From Macrostomum lignano (Eukaryota): a stretch of 64,000 nucleotides of DNA. The DNA lies in contig NIVC01000558.1 in NCBI GenBank assembly GCA_002269645.1, positions 1-64,000 of the forward strand, read 5' to 3'. Made by a program: the position numbers and the translations under genes. The notes beneath the pieces were generated by a model. It did not search any database. It was not told the DNA's origin and saw only the letters and a program-made list of their open reading frames with translations. Shown here piece by piece: positions 1 to 13,630 of this stretch (position 1 is the stretch's first letter; every line of letters begins with the position of its first letter).

Positions 1-3000
1 TAAGATTCGGGGGGATAAGATTCGGGGGATAATATTCGGGGGATAAGATTGGGGGGATAAGATTCGGGGGTAAGATTCGGGGGATAAGATTCGGGGGATA
101 AGATTCGGGGGTAAGATTCGGGGGGATAAGATTCGGGGGGTAAGATTCGGGGGTAAGATTCGGGGGGTAAGATTCGGGGGGTAAGATTCGGGGGGATAAG
201 ATTGGGGGGATAAGATTCGGGGGTATAAGATTCGGGGGGATAAGATTCGGGGATAAGATTCGGGGGATAAGATTCGGGGATAAGATTCGGGGGGATAAGA
301 TTCGGGGGATAAGATTGGGGGATAAGATTCGGGGGTAAGATTCGGGGGATAAGATTCGGGGGGTAAAGATTCGGGGGTAAGATTCGGGGGGATAAGATTG
401 GGGGGATAAGATTGGGGGGTAAGATTCGGGGGGATAAGATTCGGGGGTAAGATTCGGGGGGATAAGATTCGGGGGATAAGATTCGGGGGATAAGATTGGG
501 GGATAAGATTCGGGGGTAAGATTCGGATAAGATTGGGGGGATAAGATTCGGGTGATAAGATTCGGGGGATAAGATTCGGGGGGATAAGATTCGGGGGGAT
601 AAGATTCGGGGGGATAAGATTCGGGGGGGATAAGATTCGGGGGATAAGATTCGGGGGGATAAGATTCGGGGGGTAAGATTCGGGGGATAAGATTCGGGGG
701 GATAAGATTCGGGGGGTAAGATTCGGGGGATAAGATTGGGGGGATAAGATTCGGGGGTTAAGATTCGGGGGGATAAGATTCGGGGGGATAAGATTCGGGG
801 GATAGATTCGGGGGGATAAGATTCGGGGGGTAAGATTCGGGGGATAAGATTCGGGGGTTAAGATTCGGGGGGATAAGATTCGGGGGATAAGATTCGGGGG
901 ATAAGATTCGGGGGGGATAAGATTCGGGGGGATAAGATTGGGGGGGATAAGATTCGGTGGTTAAGATTCGGGTGGGTAAGATTCGGGATAAGATTCGGGG
1001 GGGTAAGATTCAGGGTGGTAAGATTCGGGGGGATAAGATTGGGATAAGATTCGGGTTAAGATTCGGGGGATAAGATTCGGGGGATAAGATTCGGGGGATA
1101 AGATTCGGGGGGATAAGATTCGGGGGGATAAGATTCGGGGGATAAGATTCGGGGGATAAGATTCGGGGGATAAGATTCGGGGGGATAAGATTCGGGGGAT
1201 AAGATTCGGGGGATAAAGATTGGGGGGATAAGATTCGGTGGGTAAGATTCGGGGGGATAAGATTCGGGGGTAAGATTCAGGGGGGTAAGATTCGGGGGAT
1301 AAGATTGGGGGATAAGATTCGGGTGGTTAAGATTCGGGGGGATAAGATTGGGGGGATAAGATTCGGTGGTAAGATTCGGGGGGATAAGATTCGGGGGGGG
1401 TAAGATTCAGGGGGTAAGATTCGGGGGATAAGATTGGGGGGGATAAGATTCGGGTGGTTAAGATTCGGGGGGATAAGATTCGGGGGGATAAGATTCGGGG
1501 GATAAGATTCGGGGGGATAAGATTCGGGGGGATAAGATTGGGGGGATAAGATTCGGGTGGTTAAGATTCGGGGGATAAGATTCGGGGGGATAAGATTCGG
1601 GGGGATAAGATTTGGGGGGATAAGATTCGGGTGGGTAAGATTCGGGGGGATAAGATTCGGGGGGTAAGATTCAGGGGGTAAGATTCGGGGGATAAGATTG
1701 GGGGGATAAGATTCGGGTGGTTAAGATTCGGGGGATAAGATTCGGGGGATAAGATTCGGGGATAAGATTCGGGGGATAAGATTCAGGGGGGATAAGATTC
1801 GGGGGGATAAGATTCGGGGGGATAAGATTGGGGGATAAGATTCGGGTGGGTAAGATTCGGGGGGATAAGATTCGGGGGGGTAAGATTCAGGGGGGTAAGA
1901 TTCGGGGGGATAAGATTGGGGGGATAAGATTCGGGTGGTTAAGATTCGGGGGATAAGATTGGGGGGGATAAGATTCGGGTGGGTAAGATTCGGGGGATAA
2001 GATTCGGGGGGTAAGATTCAGGGGGTAAGATTCGGGGGATAAGATTGGGGGGATAAGATTCGGGTGGTTAAGATTCGGGGGATAAGATTCGGGGGGATAA
2101 GATTCGGGGGATAAGATTCGGGGGGATAAGATTCGGGGGGATAAGATTGGGGGGATAAGATTCGGGGTTAAGATTCGGGGGGATAAGATTCGGGTGGGTA
2201 AGATTCGGGGGGATAAGATTCGGGGGGGTAAGATTCAGGGGGGTAAGATTGGGGGGATAAGATTCGGGTGGTTAAGATTCGGGGGATAAGATTCGGGGGG
2301 ATAAGATTCGGGGGATAAGATTCGGGGGGATAAGATTCGGGGGGGATAAGATTCGGGGGGATAAGATTCGGGGGGATAAGATTCGGGGGGATAAGATTCG
2401 GGGGGATAAGATTCGGGGGGGATAAGATTCGGGGGGATAAGATTGGGGGGATAAGATTCGGGTGGGTAAGATTCGGGGGGATAAGATTCGGGGGGGTAAG
2501 ATTCAGGGGGGTAAGATTCGGGGGGATAAGATTGGGGGGGATAAGATTGGGGGATAAGATTCGGGTGGTTAAGATTCGGGGGGATAAGATTCGGGGGATA
2601 AGATTCGGGGGATAAGATTGGGGGGATAAGATTCGGGTGGGTAAGATTCGGGGGGATAAGATTCGGGGGGTAAGATTCAGGGGGTAAGATTCGGGGGATA
2701 AGATTGGGGGGGATAAGATTCGGGTGGTTAAGATTCGGGGGATAAGATTCGGGGGATAAGATTCGGGGGATAAGATTCGGGGGATAAGATTCGGGGGATA
2801 AGATTCGGGGGGATAAGATTCAGGGGGATAAGATTGGGGGGATAAGATTCGGGTGGGTAAGATTCGGGGGATAAGATTCGGGGGGATAAGATTCGGGGGA
2901 TAAGATTGGGGGGGATAAGATTCGGGTGGTTAAGATTCGGGGGATAAGATTCGGGGGATAAGATTCGGGGGATAAGATTCGGGGGATAAGATTCGGGGGG

Positions 3001-4005
3001 ATAAGATTCGGGGGGGATAAGATTCGGGGGGATAAGATTCGGGGGGATAAGATTCGGGGGGATAAGATTCGGGGGGATAAGATTCGGGGGGTTAAGATTC
3101 GGGGGGATAAGATTGGGGGGGATAAGATTCGGGGGGTAAGATTCGGGGGATAAGATTCGGGGGGTAAGATTCGGGGGGTAAGATTCGGGGGGATAAGATT
3201 GGGGGGGATAAGATTGGGGGGGATAAGATTCGGGTGGTTAAGATTCGGGGGGATAAGATTCGGGGGATAAGATTCGGGGGATAAGATTCGGGGGGATAAG
3301 ATTCGGGGGGATAAGATTCGGGGGGATAAGATTGGGGGGGATAAGATTCGGGTGGTTAAGATTCGGGGGGATAAGATTCGGGGGGATAAGATTCGGGGGA
3401 TAAGATTCGGGGGGATAAGATTCGGGGGGATAAGATTCGGGGGATAAGATTCGGGGGATAAGATTCGGGGGATAAGATTCGGGGGATAAGATTCGGGGGG
3501 GATAAGATTCGGGGGGATAAGATTGGGGGGATAAGATTCGGGTGGGTAAGATTCGGGGGATAAGATTCGGGGGGGTAAGATTCGGGGGGATAAGATTCGA
3601 GGGGATAAGATTCGGGGGGATAAGATTGGGGGGATAAGATTCGGGGGGATAAGATTCGGGGGATAAGATTCGGGGGATAAGATTCGGGGGGATAAGATTC
3701 GGGGGGATAAGATTCGGGGGATAAGATTCGGGGGATAAGATTCGGGGGGATAAGATTCGGGGGATAAGATTCGGGGGATAAGATTCGGGTGGTTAAGATT
3801 CGGGGGATAAGATTCGGGGGATAAGATTCGGGGGATAAGATTCGGGGGGATAAGATTCGGGTGGTTAAGATTCGGGGGATAAGATTCGGGGGTAAGATTC
3901 GGGGGGATAAGATTCGGGGGGATAAGATTCGGGGGATAAGATTCGGGGGGATAAGATTCGGGGGGGATAAGATTCGGGGGGGGATAAGATTCGGGGGGTT
4001 AAGAT
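1..4005. repeat. G-rich satellite, ~14-17 bp monomer TAAGATTC(G)4-7GA
   Basis: Continuous tandem array visible in the sequence; runs off the window start; the Pro-rich ORFs over it are repeat artefacts. Confidence 0.98.
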
Positions 4006-4497
4006 TCTTGGTGAGGGTAAGATTATTGGATGGGAGGGCAAGATTTGGGAGGGCAATATTTGGGAAGATGGATAGATTTTTACACTCGTACGTATATAAT
4101 GCAGAAATTTTATGCTCCCATAAAATCAAGCCAATATAACAATTGTGTGCAAACTGCGAAAGACGATGCAGTGAGACGATAGATAATTTTGTTTAAAAAT
4201 CGTGGGAATTCTAGCAGACTTGGCTCTTCCAGTTTCTGGCTCCGGGCCTCCTCGGCCAAGAAGTCTCGGAAAAGACAATGGACGCAGGGGCAGGGGAGGG
4301 GAGGGCTGGAAACCCCGGTGCTACATTTTGGAGCTTTGGGAAGCTGTGTAAGCTAGAGAAGGGCCTGTGACGCACGTAGAGAGGCCGCAACAAACCCTCC
4401 CTCCAACTGCGCTCCTCCAAAACTAAATGAAGAAGCAATCAAGCATGAAGAAAAATAGGAGCTCAACTTTTAGACGTGGCATCCACGGGGTTAAAAG

Positions 4498-4665
4498 ACA
4501 GGGGAGGGGCGCCTAAATAAAAGACAGGGGCGCCCACCAAGAGACAGGGGCGCCTAAATAAGAGACAGGGGCGCCCACCAAGAGACAGAGGCGCCCACCA
4601 AGAGACAGAGGCGCCCACCAAGAGACAGAGGCACCCACCAAGAGACAGGGGCGCCCACCAAGACA
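4498..4665. repeat. 20-bp GC-rich minisatellite (AAGAGACAGGGGCGCCCACC)n, short copy
   Basis: Tandem 20-bp units; same unit and same upstream flank as the array at 16585-17455. Confidence 0.9.
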
Positions 4666-5091
4666 CCAAGACAGCAAGTTTCATGAGTAGCAAAATGAAA
4701 AGCTCTCAAAGAGAGACCCACCCGGTCCCTAAGTCGAAGACAAGGTCTATTAAACAATGAGCCTGTGCCCCGCGCCCCTCCTCCGTTGTCACGCAAGCAG
4801 GAGCATAACAAGAATTAAAGATGAAAGCCGAATGGGAAGAAGACATGGAAGACAAAGGAGCTCAAGAAGTCAGACTTCCATTGTTCCAGGGAGAGAAAAG
4901 CAAAACCCAGGTCCCCATAATGCCAAAATAGTGCATCTGAGCTGTCTGAAGAAAATGGAAAAACAGGAGAAAACACGTCAGCTAAATAAGCGCACAGATG
5001 CTTGTTTTTTATATTTTCTACTCAAGGGCGCAGATGCAGGAACGCGCGAACAAAAGCGAGAAACTAACGCGGACAAGATATAACTCAGACA

Positions 5092-5935
5092 AGATATAGA
5101 GATAAGCGCGCAAAGATAACATAGAAATTAGCGCGCAAAGATGAGATAAACATAAGCGCGCAAAGATAACATAGAAATAAGCGCGCAAAGATAACATAGA
5201 AATAAGCGCGCAAAGATGACATAGAAATAAGCGCGCAAAGATAACATAGAAATAAGCGCGCAAAGATGACATAGACATAAGCGCGCAAACAGGAGATAGA
5301 CATAAGCGCACAAACAGGATATAGACATAAGCGCGCAAACAGGGGATAGACATAAGCGCGCAAACAGGGGATAGACATAAGCGCGCAAACAGGGGATAGA
5401 CATAAGCGCGCAAACAGGAGATAGACATAAGCGCGCAAACAGGGGATAGACATAAGCGCGCAAACAGGGGATAGACATAAGCGCGCAAACAGGGGATAGA
5501 CATAAGCGCGCAAACAGGATATAGACATAAGCGCGCAAACAGGGGATAGACATAAGCGCGCAAACAGGGGATAGACATAAGCGCGCAAACAGGGGATAGA
5601 CATAAGCGCGCAAACAGGAGATAGACATAAGCGCGCAAACAGGGGATAGACATAAGCGCGCAAACAGGGGATAGACATAAGCGCGCAAACAGGGGATAGA
5701 CATAAGCGCGCAAACAGGGGATAGACATAAGCGCGCAAACAGGATATAGACATAAGCGCGCAAACAGGGGATAGACATAAGCGCGCAAACAGGATATAGA
5801 CATAAGCGCGCAAACAGGGGATAGACATAAGCGCGCAAACAGGGGATAGACATAAGCGCGCAAACAGGGGATAGACATAAGCGCACAAACAGGGGATAGA
5901 CATAAGCGCACAAACAGGATATAGAAATAAGCGCG
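5092..5935. repeat. 25-bp minisatellite (GACATAAGCGCGCAAACAGGGGATA)n
   Basis: Period 25 read directly (cataag at 5401, 5426, 5451). Confidence 0.97.
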
Positions 5936-6471
5936 CAACTGAAAGTTTGCTCCGAATTTTGAGGGATTTATTTGCGTCATAGTTTAAATCAGCTTTAATG
6001 TTCCGTAAACGTCCTGATTTATAATTTTATGACACTCAATAAGAGTACGTGAGAAGATAATTTGAAAAAAACTTGAAATGTTTTCTAAGCATTCTTACGA
6101 GTTTTTAAGCTACGAGAAGGAGGGAATAAAAGAATTAACAGATAAATTTGCATAAACAAAATTTATACAGAAAAGTAGAAAAATGTAATAAATTGATAAA
6201 TAATGAATTGAGACTTTATAGATTGATGCATAGTGATAAGCGATGACATAGGCAGAAGGTGAATGCAATGCATATTCAATAAGCTGGATCAAGCATATAG
6301 GCTAAGTCTTACAGATCTAGTGTGATAGATACATTGCGCCAAGAGGTACTCCTAAAAGGGACACAAGTAGGCTTAGTATGAAACAAACATTACGAGACTT
6401 GTGATGATTCACAAGCATATTTAAATATCTCTTATAAGACCCAATATTTCAAAAAGGAGGCAGATCTTTTC

Positions 6472-7223
<752 letters not shown>

Positions 7224-7229
7224 CCCTCC

Positions 7230-8252
7230 TCAGGGAAGCAGACTGAAGAAATGGCGAATCTGCTGCTCAGACATTGAGCCGCTGGCGATGCCGATGGCGC
7301 TCACCGTGCCTCGGAGAGTGTAGTTCCACCAGAAGGTCTCGTACCTGCCGATCAATATGATCGGGCACGCGAGAAAGTTAAATGTCGTACCACTGTGGCG
7401 TGTCGCATTGTCGTCAAAGGAGGACCCAATGAACAGATGGCTGCTCGCGGCGTCCGTTCCGATTGTGACCGCGATGTCAATCCATGAACTCGAGTGGGGA
7501 AGAGTACCGTTAATCAAGGCGACTTTCTGAGCGAGGCGGTTTTCGCGTTTGAAACGAAGTCTGTATGTAGGAATTTCGACTAAAGATGGGCCGATATCGG
7601 CAAAGTTAGAGCAGGAAACAACCACAATGAATGGCTGAATTCTCGGCTCCCTTCTAACCCTCATCATCCAGGTGAAGCCAGCTAGAGTGTCGATGGAGAC
7701 GAAGCGACTATCGTTAAGCATAGCGTAGGAGGATTCCCCATCGAACTGGGCACCCTCCTCAGTCCACTGCAGGTTCGCGGTCTCCAGTTTGCCGCCGCCG
7801 TCGCTCTGGCACACCAGGTTGCTGAACCGGCTGCTCCCACCGGCCAGCCACACGCCAAGCAGGTCAGAGCCGAGCGAAGCATCGCAGCTTTCCTAAGACA
7901 ACGCGCGATACACCAAGCACTGCGACTCAGTCCACTGCATCGCAGCTTCAGCTCCCATCGCAACGGCGCCAGTAGCCTGCATCACGCGACACACCTGCTG
8001 GTAGTGGAAGAGCGAGCACACACCTGTCTGCTTGTTCCACTGAAGCACTAGGTCGTCCGGCTCGTTGCTCGCTACGATGGCGCAACCGTGCAGTCTTTGA
8101 GAGTTCCACTGCTTCAACGCCGAGCTTTCGTTAAGGCACTGCGGCATCCCATATTGGCACCAGCGCCTGCGGCACGTGTTAGCGCAACTGGACGCAACAA
8201 ATGCACAGAGAAGCAGCTGAACCAGTGAAATAATATTTTTGTAGAAACTCAT
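7230..8252 (-). pseudogene. Intronless secreted protein: signal peptide + Cys-rich PAN/Apple-like domain + LamG/concanavalin-A-like (pentraxin-type) domain, one in-frame TAG at 7893-7895
   Basis: ORFs 7893..8252 and 7230..7853 are in the same frame, joined by TAG-ESCDASLGSDLLG; hydrophobic N-terminus; LamG-like motifs AQFDGESSY, FTWMMRVR, WIDIAVT, ILIGR, MSEQQIRHFF. Domain names are by motif recognition. Confidence 0.7.
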
Positions 8253-8589
8253 TTCTTTGCTGGCCAGGATTTCTTGGTTCGATAAAGTTTCGTTTCGTGT
8301 GAAGTCACTTTGTTGTTTCGTTCAGATAGAAACCTTCGACTTAAGATATTAATTAGGTCATTGACTGATTGGGCTTGAGCGACGCGTCATAAGCTGTAAT
8401 AAAAAGCTTTCTTCCTGTACATTTTCATTGGTTCCAACCGAGCCAAGAGAAAGTGCTCAGTGCTACTCAGCACTCCAACCCAGCGCTCATAATACGCATT
8501 GTATCATCATTTTGGAGGGGTTTTTAGAAGTATACCAATCCAGCCTGCATTGCTCTTGTTTCAGAACGGATATTGGGGTGTTGTCAAAC

Positions 8590-8760
8590 TGCTGTCAGAT
8601 CCACGTTGGGAATTGCTGAGATGCTGTGGCTCATGGGTATTGCTGATATGCTGTGGCTCATGGGTATTGCTGAGATGCTGTGGCTCATGGGGGAATTACT
8701 GGAATGCTGTGGCTCATTGGGTATTGCTGAGATGCTGTGGCTTATAGGGGTCATGTGTTG
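8590..8760. repeat. 27-bp minisatellite (GGGTATTGCTGAGATGCTGTGGCTCAT)n, ~5 copies
   Basis: Tandem units visible. Confidence 0.85.
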
Positions 8761-9476
8761 TATCTCAGTGGGTTTTTATTAAAGTACTGACATTTCAATC
8801 AGTCCTTCTAATATACTAAAAATGAAATGCTTGGTTGCTTGCTTGTAATTGATTTTCTCCCGAACGGCTCAACCGATTTTCTTCAAACTTGCACCATTCG
8901 ATCAGAAATTTTCCCGGGACGGTACATGCATATTGGCTAAGAAATTGCTCAATGTTAAAGGGATTAAATATTCGAAAAACATGATTTTTTGCAAAGGTCA
9001 AGCAGCTCTTTCGACCTGAAATGCATTGTAAGAATGCTAGAGAAAAATCTGACTGGTTGAATTCTGATTCTGAAATAGATTGCATCACAATACACTTTAT
9101 TTATCGTCTGTGTACTGGCTGAATTTGACACTCAATTGAATTGCGTCACAGCTTTGAGGGTGAAAGTATAGTGCAGTACTGAATTTATATTACGTAACCA
9201 TATTGTTAACTTTCATAGACACTGGTACTGACTTGCCTAAGAAATTGATTATGTCATAACTGCTTCGCGTGACTTTTTACTCTACCTGACTTGGTGTGAG
9301 TGTTGAATTAATTATATAAGTGGTACAAATTCACTGATAACTTCGATGAGAGCTAGCCTAGAGCTGAGCAGACCAGACTGCTAATGCAGCGACCTGGGTT
9401 CGAATCTAAGTAGTTTAAAAGTAGTAGTGTAAAATTTTTTATTAAAAACTTTTATTAAAGGACTAAATAAAAACAC

Positions 9477-11335
9477 TTAGATTACTGCACTCGATAAGCT
9501 AAGGATTATTGCTCTTGGCAAACCAAGGAATACTGCACTCGATAAGCCAAGGATTATTGCTATTAATAAACCAAGGATTAATGCACTCGATAAACCAAGG
9601 ATTATTGCTATTAATAAACCAAGGATTACTGCACTCGATAAGCCAAGGATTATTGCTATTAATAAACCAAGGATTATGCACTTGGCAAACCAAGGATTAC
9701 TGCACTCGATAAGCCAAGGATTATTGCTATTAATAAACCAAGGATTACTGCACTCAATAAACCAAGGACTATTGCTATTAATAAACCAAGGATTACTGCA
9801 CTCAATAAACCAAGGACTATTGCTCTTGGCAAACCAAGGATTACTGCACTCGATAAGCCAAGGACTATTGCTCTTGGCAAACCAAGGATTACTGCACTCG
9901 ATAAGCCATGGATTATTGCTATTAATAAACCAAGGATTACTGCACTCGATAAGCCAAGGATTATTGCTATTAATAAACCAAGGATTACTGCACTCGATAA
10001 ACCAAGGATTATGCACTTGGCAAACCAAGGATTACTGCACTCGATAAGCCAAGGATTATTGCTATTAATAAACCAAGGATTACTGCACTCAATAAACCAA
10101 GGACTATTGCTATTAATAAACCAAGGATTACTGCACTCAATAAACCAAGGACTATTGCTCTTGGCAAACCAAGGATTACTGCACTCGATAAGCCAAGGAC
10201 TATTGCTCTTGGCAAACCAAGGATTACTGCACTCAAAAACCAAGGACTATTGCTCTTGGCAAACCAAGGATTACTGCACTCGATAAGCCAAGGATTATTG
10301 CTATTAATAAACCAAGGATTACTGCACTCGATAAGCCAAGGATTATTGCTATTAATAAACCAAGGATTAATGCACTCGATAAACCAAGGATTATTGCTAT
10401 TAATAAACCAAGGATTACTGCACTCGATAAGCCAAGGATTATTGCTATTAATAAACCAAGGATTATGCACTTGGCAAACCAAGGATTACTGCACTCGATA
10501 AGCCAAGGATTATTGCTATTAATAAACCAAGGATTACTGCACTCAATAAACCAAGGACTATTGCTATTAATAAACCAAGGATTACTGCACTCAATAAACC
10601 AAGGACTATTGCTCTTGGCAAACCAAGGATTACTGCACTCAAAAAACCAAGGACTATTGCTCTTGGCAAACCAAGGATTACTGCACTCGATAAGCCATGG
10701 ATTATTGCTATTAATAAACCAAGGATTACTGCACTCGATAAGCCAAGGATTATTGCTATTAATAAACCAAGGATTACTGCACTCGATAAACCAAGGATTA
10801 TGCACTTGGCAAACCAAGGATTACTGCACTCGATAAGCCAAGGATTATTGCTATTAATAAACCAAGGATTACTGCACTCAATAAACCAAGGACTATTGCT
10901 ATTAATAAACCAAGGATTACTGCACTCAATAAACCAAGGACTATTGCTCTTGGCAAACCAAGGATTACTGCACTCGATAAGCCAAGGACTATTGCTCTTG
11001 GCAAACCAAGGATTACTGCACTCGATAAGCCATGGATTATTGCTATTAATAAACCAAGGATTACTGCACTCGATAAGCCAAGGATTATTGCTATTAATAA
11101 ACCAAGGATTACTGCACTCGATAAGGCATGGATTATTGCTATTAATAAACCAAGGATTACTGCACTCGATAAGCCAAGGATTATTGCTATTAATAAACCA
11201 TGAATTACTGCACTCGATAAGCCAAGGATTATTGCTATTAATAAACCAAGGATTACTGCACTCGATAAGCCATGGATTATTGCTATTAATAAACCAAGGA
11301 TTACTGCACTCGATAGCCAAGGATTACTGCGCTTG
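9477..11335. repeat. 24-bp satellite with alternating monomers (AACCAAGGATTACTGCACTCGATA / AGCCAAGGATTATTGCTATTAATA)
   Basis: Tandem 24/48-bp periodicity read directly. Confidence 0.97.
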
Positions 11336-11364
11336 ATAAGCTTGGCTACATGTATAGGATTATT

Positions 11365-11580
11365 TCTATCCAGGGATGCTTGCTATTTAGGGATTCTTGC
11401 TATGTGCAGGATGCTTGCTATCTGGAAGGATGCTTCTACATTATTTGGGGTATGCTTGCTATCTGCAAGATGCTTGCTATCTGCAAGATGCTTGCTATCT
11501 GCAGATGCTTGCTATCTGGGTGGATGCTTGCTAGGAGTATTAGGGGATGCTTGCTACTGGGGGGATGCTTGCTGTCTTGG
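11365..11580. repeat. Degenerate 18-bp repeat (CAAGATGCTTGCTATCTG)n
   Basis: Period 18 at 11461/11479/11497. Confidence 0.8.
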
Positions 11581-11744
11581 GAATATTTTCTATTTAGGGG
11601 TAATGACTAAAATTCATGAGAGCTAGCCTAGAGGTAAACAGACTAAACTGCTAAATGCAGGGACGATGGTTCGAATTTTTAGAGAGTAGAGTTTTTTTAA
11701 TTAAAGCCTTTTAACGCCAAGACAAAAAAAATTATGGAAGCGTC

Positions 11745-12640
11745 ATGTAAACAATCATACAAGCGTCATGTAAACAATCATAGAAGCGTCATGTAAACAA
11801 TCATAGAAGCGTCATGTAAAAATCATAGAAGCGTCATGTAAAAATCATAGAAGCGTAATGTAAACAATCATAGAAGCGTCATGTTAAAATCATAAAAGCG
11901 TCATGTAAACAATCATACAAGCGTCATGTAAACAATCATAGAAGCGTCATGTAAAAAATCATAGAAGCGTCATGTTAAAATCATAAAAGCGTCATAAAAA
12001 ATCATAGAAGCGTCATGCAAGCAATCATAGAAGCGTAATGTAAACAATCATAGAAGCGTCATGTTAAAATCATACAAGCGTCATGTAAACAATCATACAA
12101 GCGTCATGTAAACAATCATAGAAGCGTCATGTAAAAAAATCATAGAAGCGTCATGTTAAAATCATAGAAGCGTCATGTAAACAATCATAGAAGCGTCATG
12201 TAAACAATCATAGAAGCGTCATGTAAAAATCATAGAAGCGTCATGTAAAAATCATAGAAGCGTCATGTAAACAATCATAAAAGCGTCATGTAAACAATCA
12301 TAGAAGCGTCATGTATACAATCATAGAAGCGTCATGTAAACAATCATAGAAGCGTCATGTAAAAAATCATAGAAGCGTCATGTAAAAATCATAGAAGCGT
12401 CATGTAAAAATCATAGAAGCGTCATGTAAAAATCATAGAAGCGTCATGTAAAAATCATAGAAGCGTCATGTAAAAAATCATAGAAGCGTCATGTAAAAAT
12501 CATAAAAGCGTCATGTAAAAAATCATAGAAGCGTCATGTAAACAATCATACAAGCGTCATGTAAACAATCATAGAAGCGTCATGTAAAAATCATACAAGC
12601 GTCATGTAAACAAGCATAGAAGCGTCATGAAAAAATTATA
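11745..12640. repeat. 22-24 bp satellite (TCATAGAAGCGTCATGTAAA[C]AA)n
   Basis: Tandem units; shorter copy at 14815-15070. Confidence 0.96.
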
Positions 12641-13596
12641 GAAGCCTCATATAAAAACTAATGAAAGTGTGTCATTTAAAAAATTAAGAAGCATCATGGA
12701 AGAATAAAAGAAGCGTAACGTAAAAATCAAAAGAAGCGTCATGTCAGACATGAAAGAAATGTCATATAAAAATTAAATGAAGCTATAGTACAGTGCTGTG
12801 CTGGGGAGAATTACTGAGACGTCAAGGCTCACAGAGAATAACTGAGATTACAGGGGGGTTTCTGAGATGTTAAAGCAAAAGTCAGAAGCTACTTCAAAGT
12901 ACATGTACTTTACTTAAGTTTTTTATTGCATTCTTTGTTGGCTTGCCACGGTGGGGGGGGGCGCTGATAGAAGAAGAGTCATGTAAAAATAAAAGGAGCA
13001 CTATGTATACATAAAATAAAAGTCATGTCAAAGTTAAAAGATTCATTTGGGAATTGCTACGATGTCAAAGCTTGGAGGGAATCGTTATAGTGCTGTGATT
13101 CTTAAAGAAGGAATCACTTAAATGCCAAGGCTTAGGGAAGAAGAATTGCTGTGATTTCAAGGCTTTAGGTTGGGTGAAAGTTAGGTTTACGTCAGGTTTG
13201 GGTTGAGGGTTAGATTTTAGCGCGTTTCAAGGTTAACAGGGGATTTTTTAGATTTCAAGGTTTATGGGGGGCATCGCTGACATGTCAAGGCTTACGAGGG
13301 GAATCTATCTATCTATCTATAGCTGAGATGTCAAGGCTCACGGGGGAATAAATGAGATGTCAAGGCTAATGTCAGAAGCTACATGTAGTTTATTGGAAAA
13401 AAGTTATTACATTATTTGTTGGCTCCTCACGGGAGGGATCGCTGATAGAAAAAGCGTAATGTAAAAAAAAGAAGCTTCATGTCAAAGTTAAGAGATTCAT
13501 TTGGGAATCCCTACGATGTCGAGGCTTGCAGGGAATCGCTATAATGCTGTAGTAGTGCTATAGACTCTTAGAGAGAATTACTGAAATTTCAATGCT

Positions 13597-13630
13597 TTAG
13601 GGTTAGGGTTAGGGTTAGGGTTAGGGTTAG
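13597..13630 (+). repeat. Interstitial telomeric repeat (TTAGGG)n
   Basis: About 5.5 perfect units inside Helitron-like element 1. Confidence 0.9.

Noticed and set aside
3356-5980. Long Pro-rich and Cys/Leu-rich ORFs
   Set aside because: Translations of the 15-bp and 25-bp tandem repeats; open in several frames, no domain content
9345-9410. tRNA-Ser(GCT) gene
   Set aside because: No pairing acceptor stem; treated as a tRNA-derived repeat
9477-11336. Overlapping ORFs on both strands; CRISPR-like regularity
   Set aside because: Head-to-tail satellite without unique spacers or cas genes
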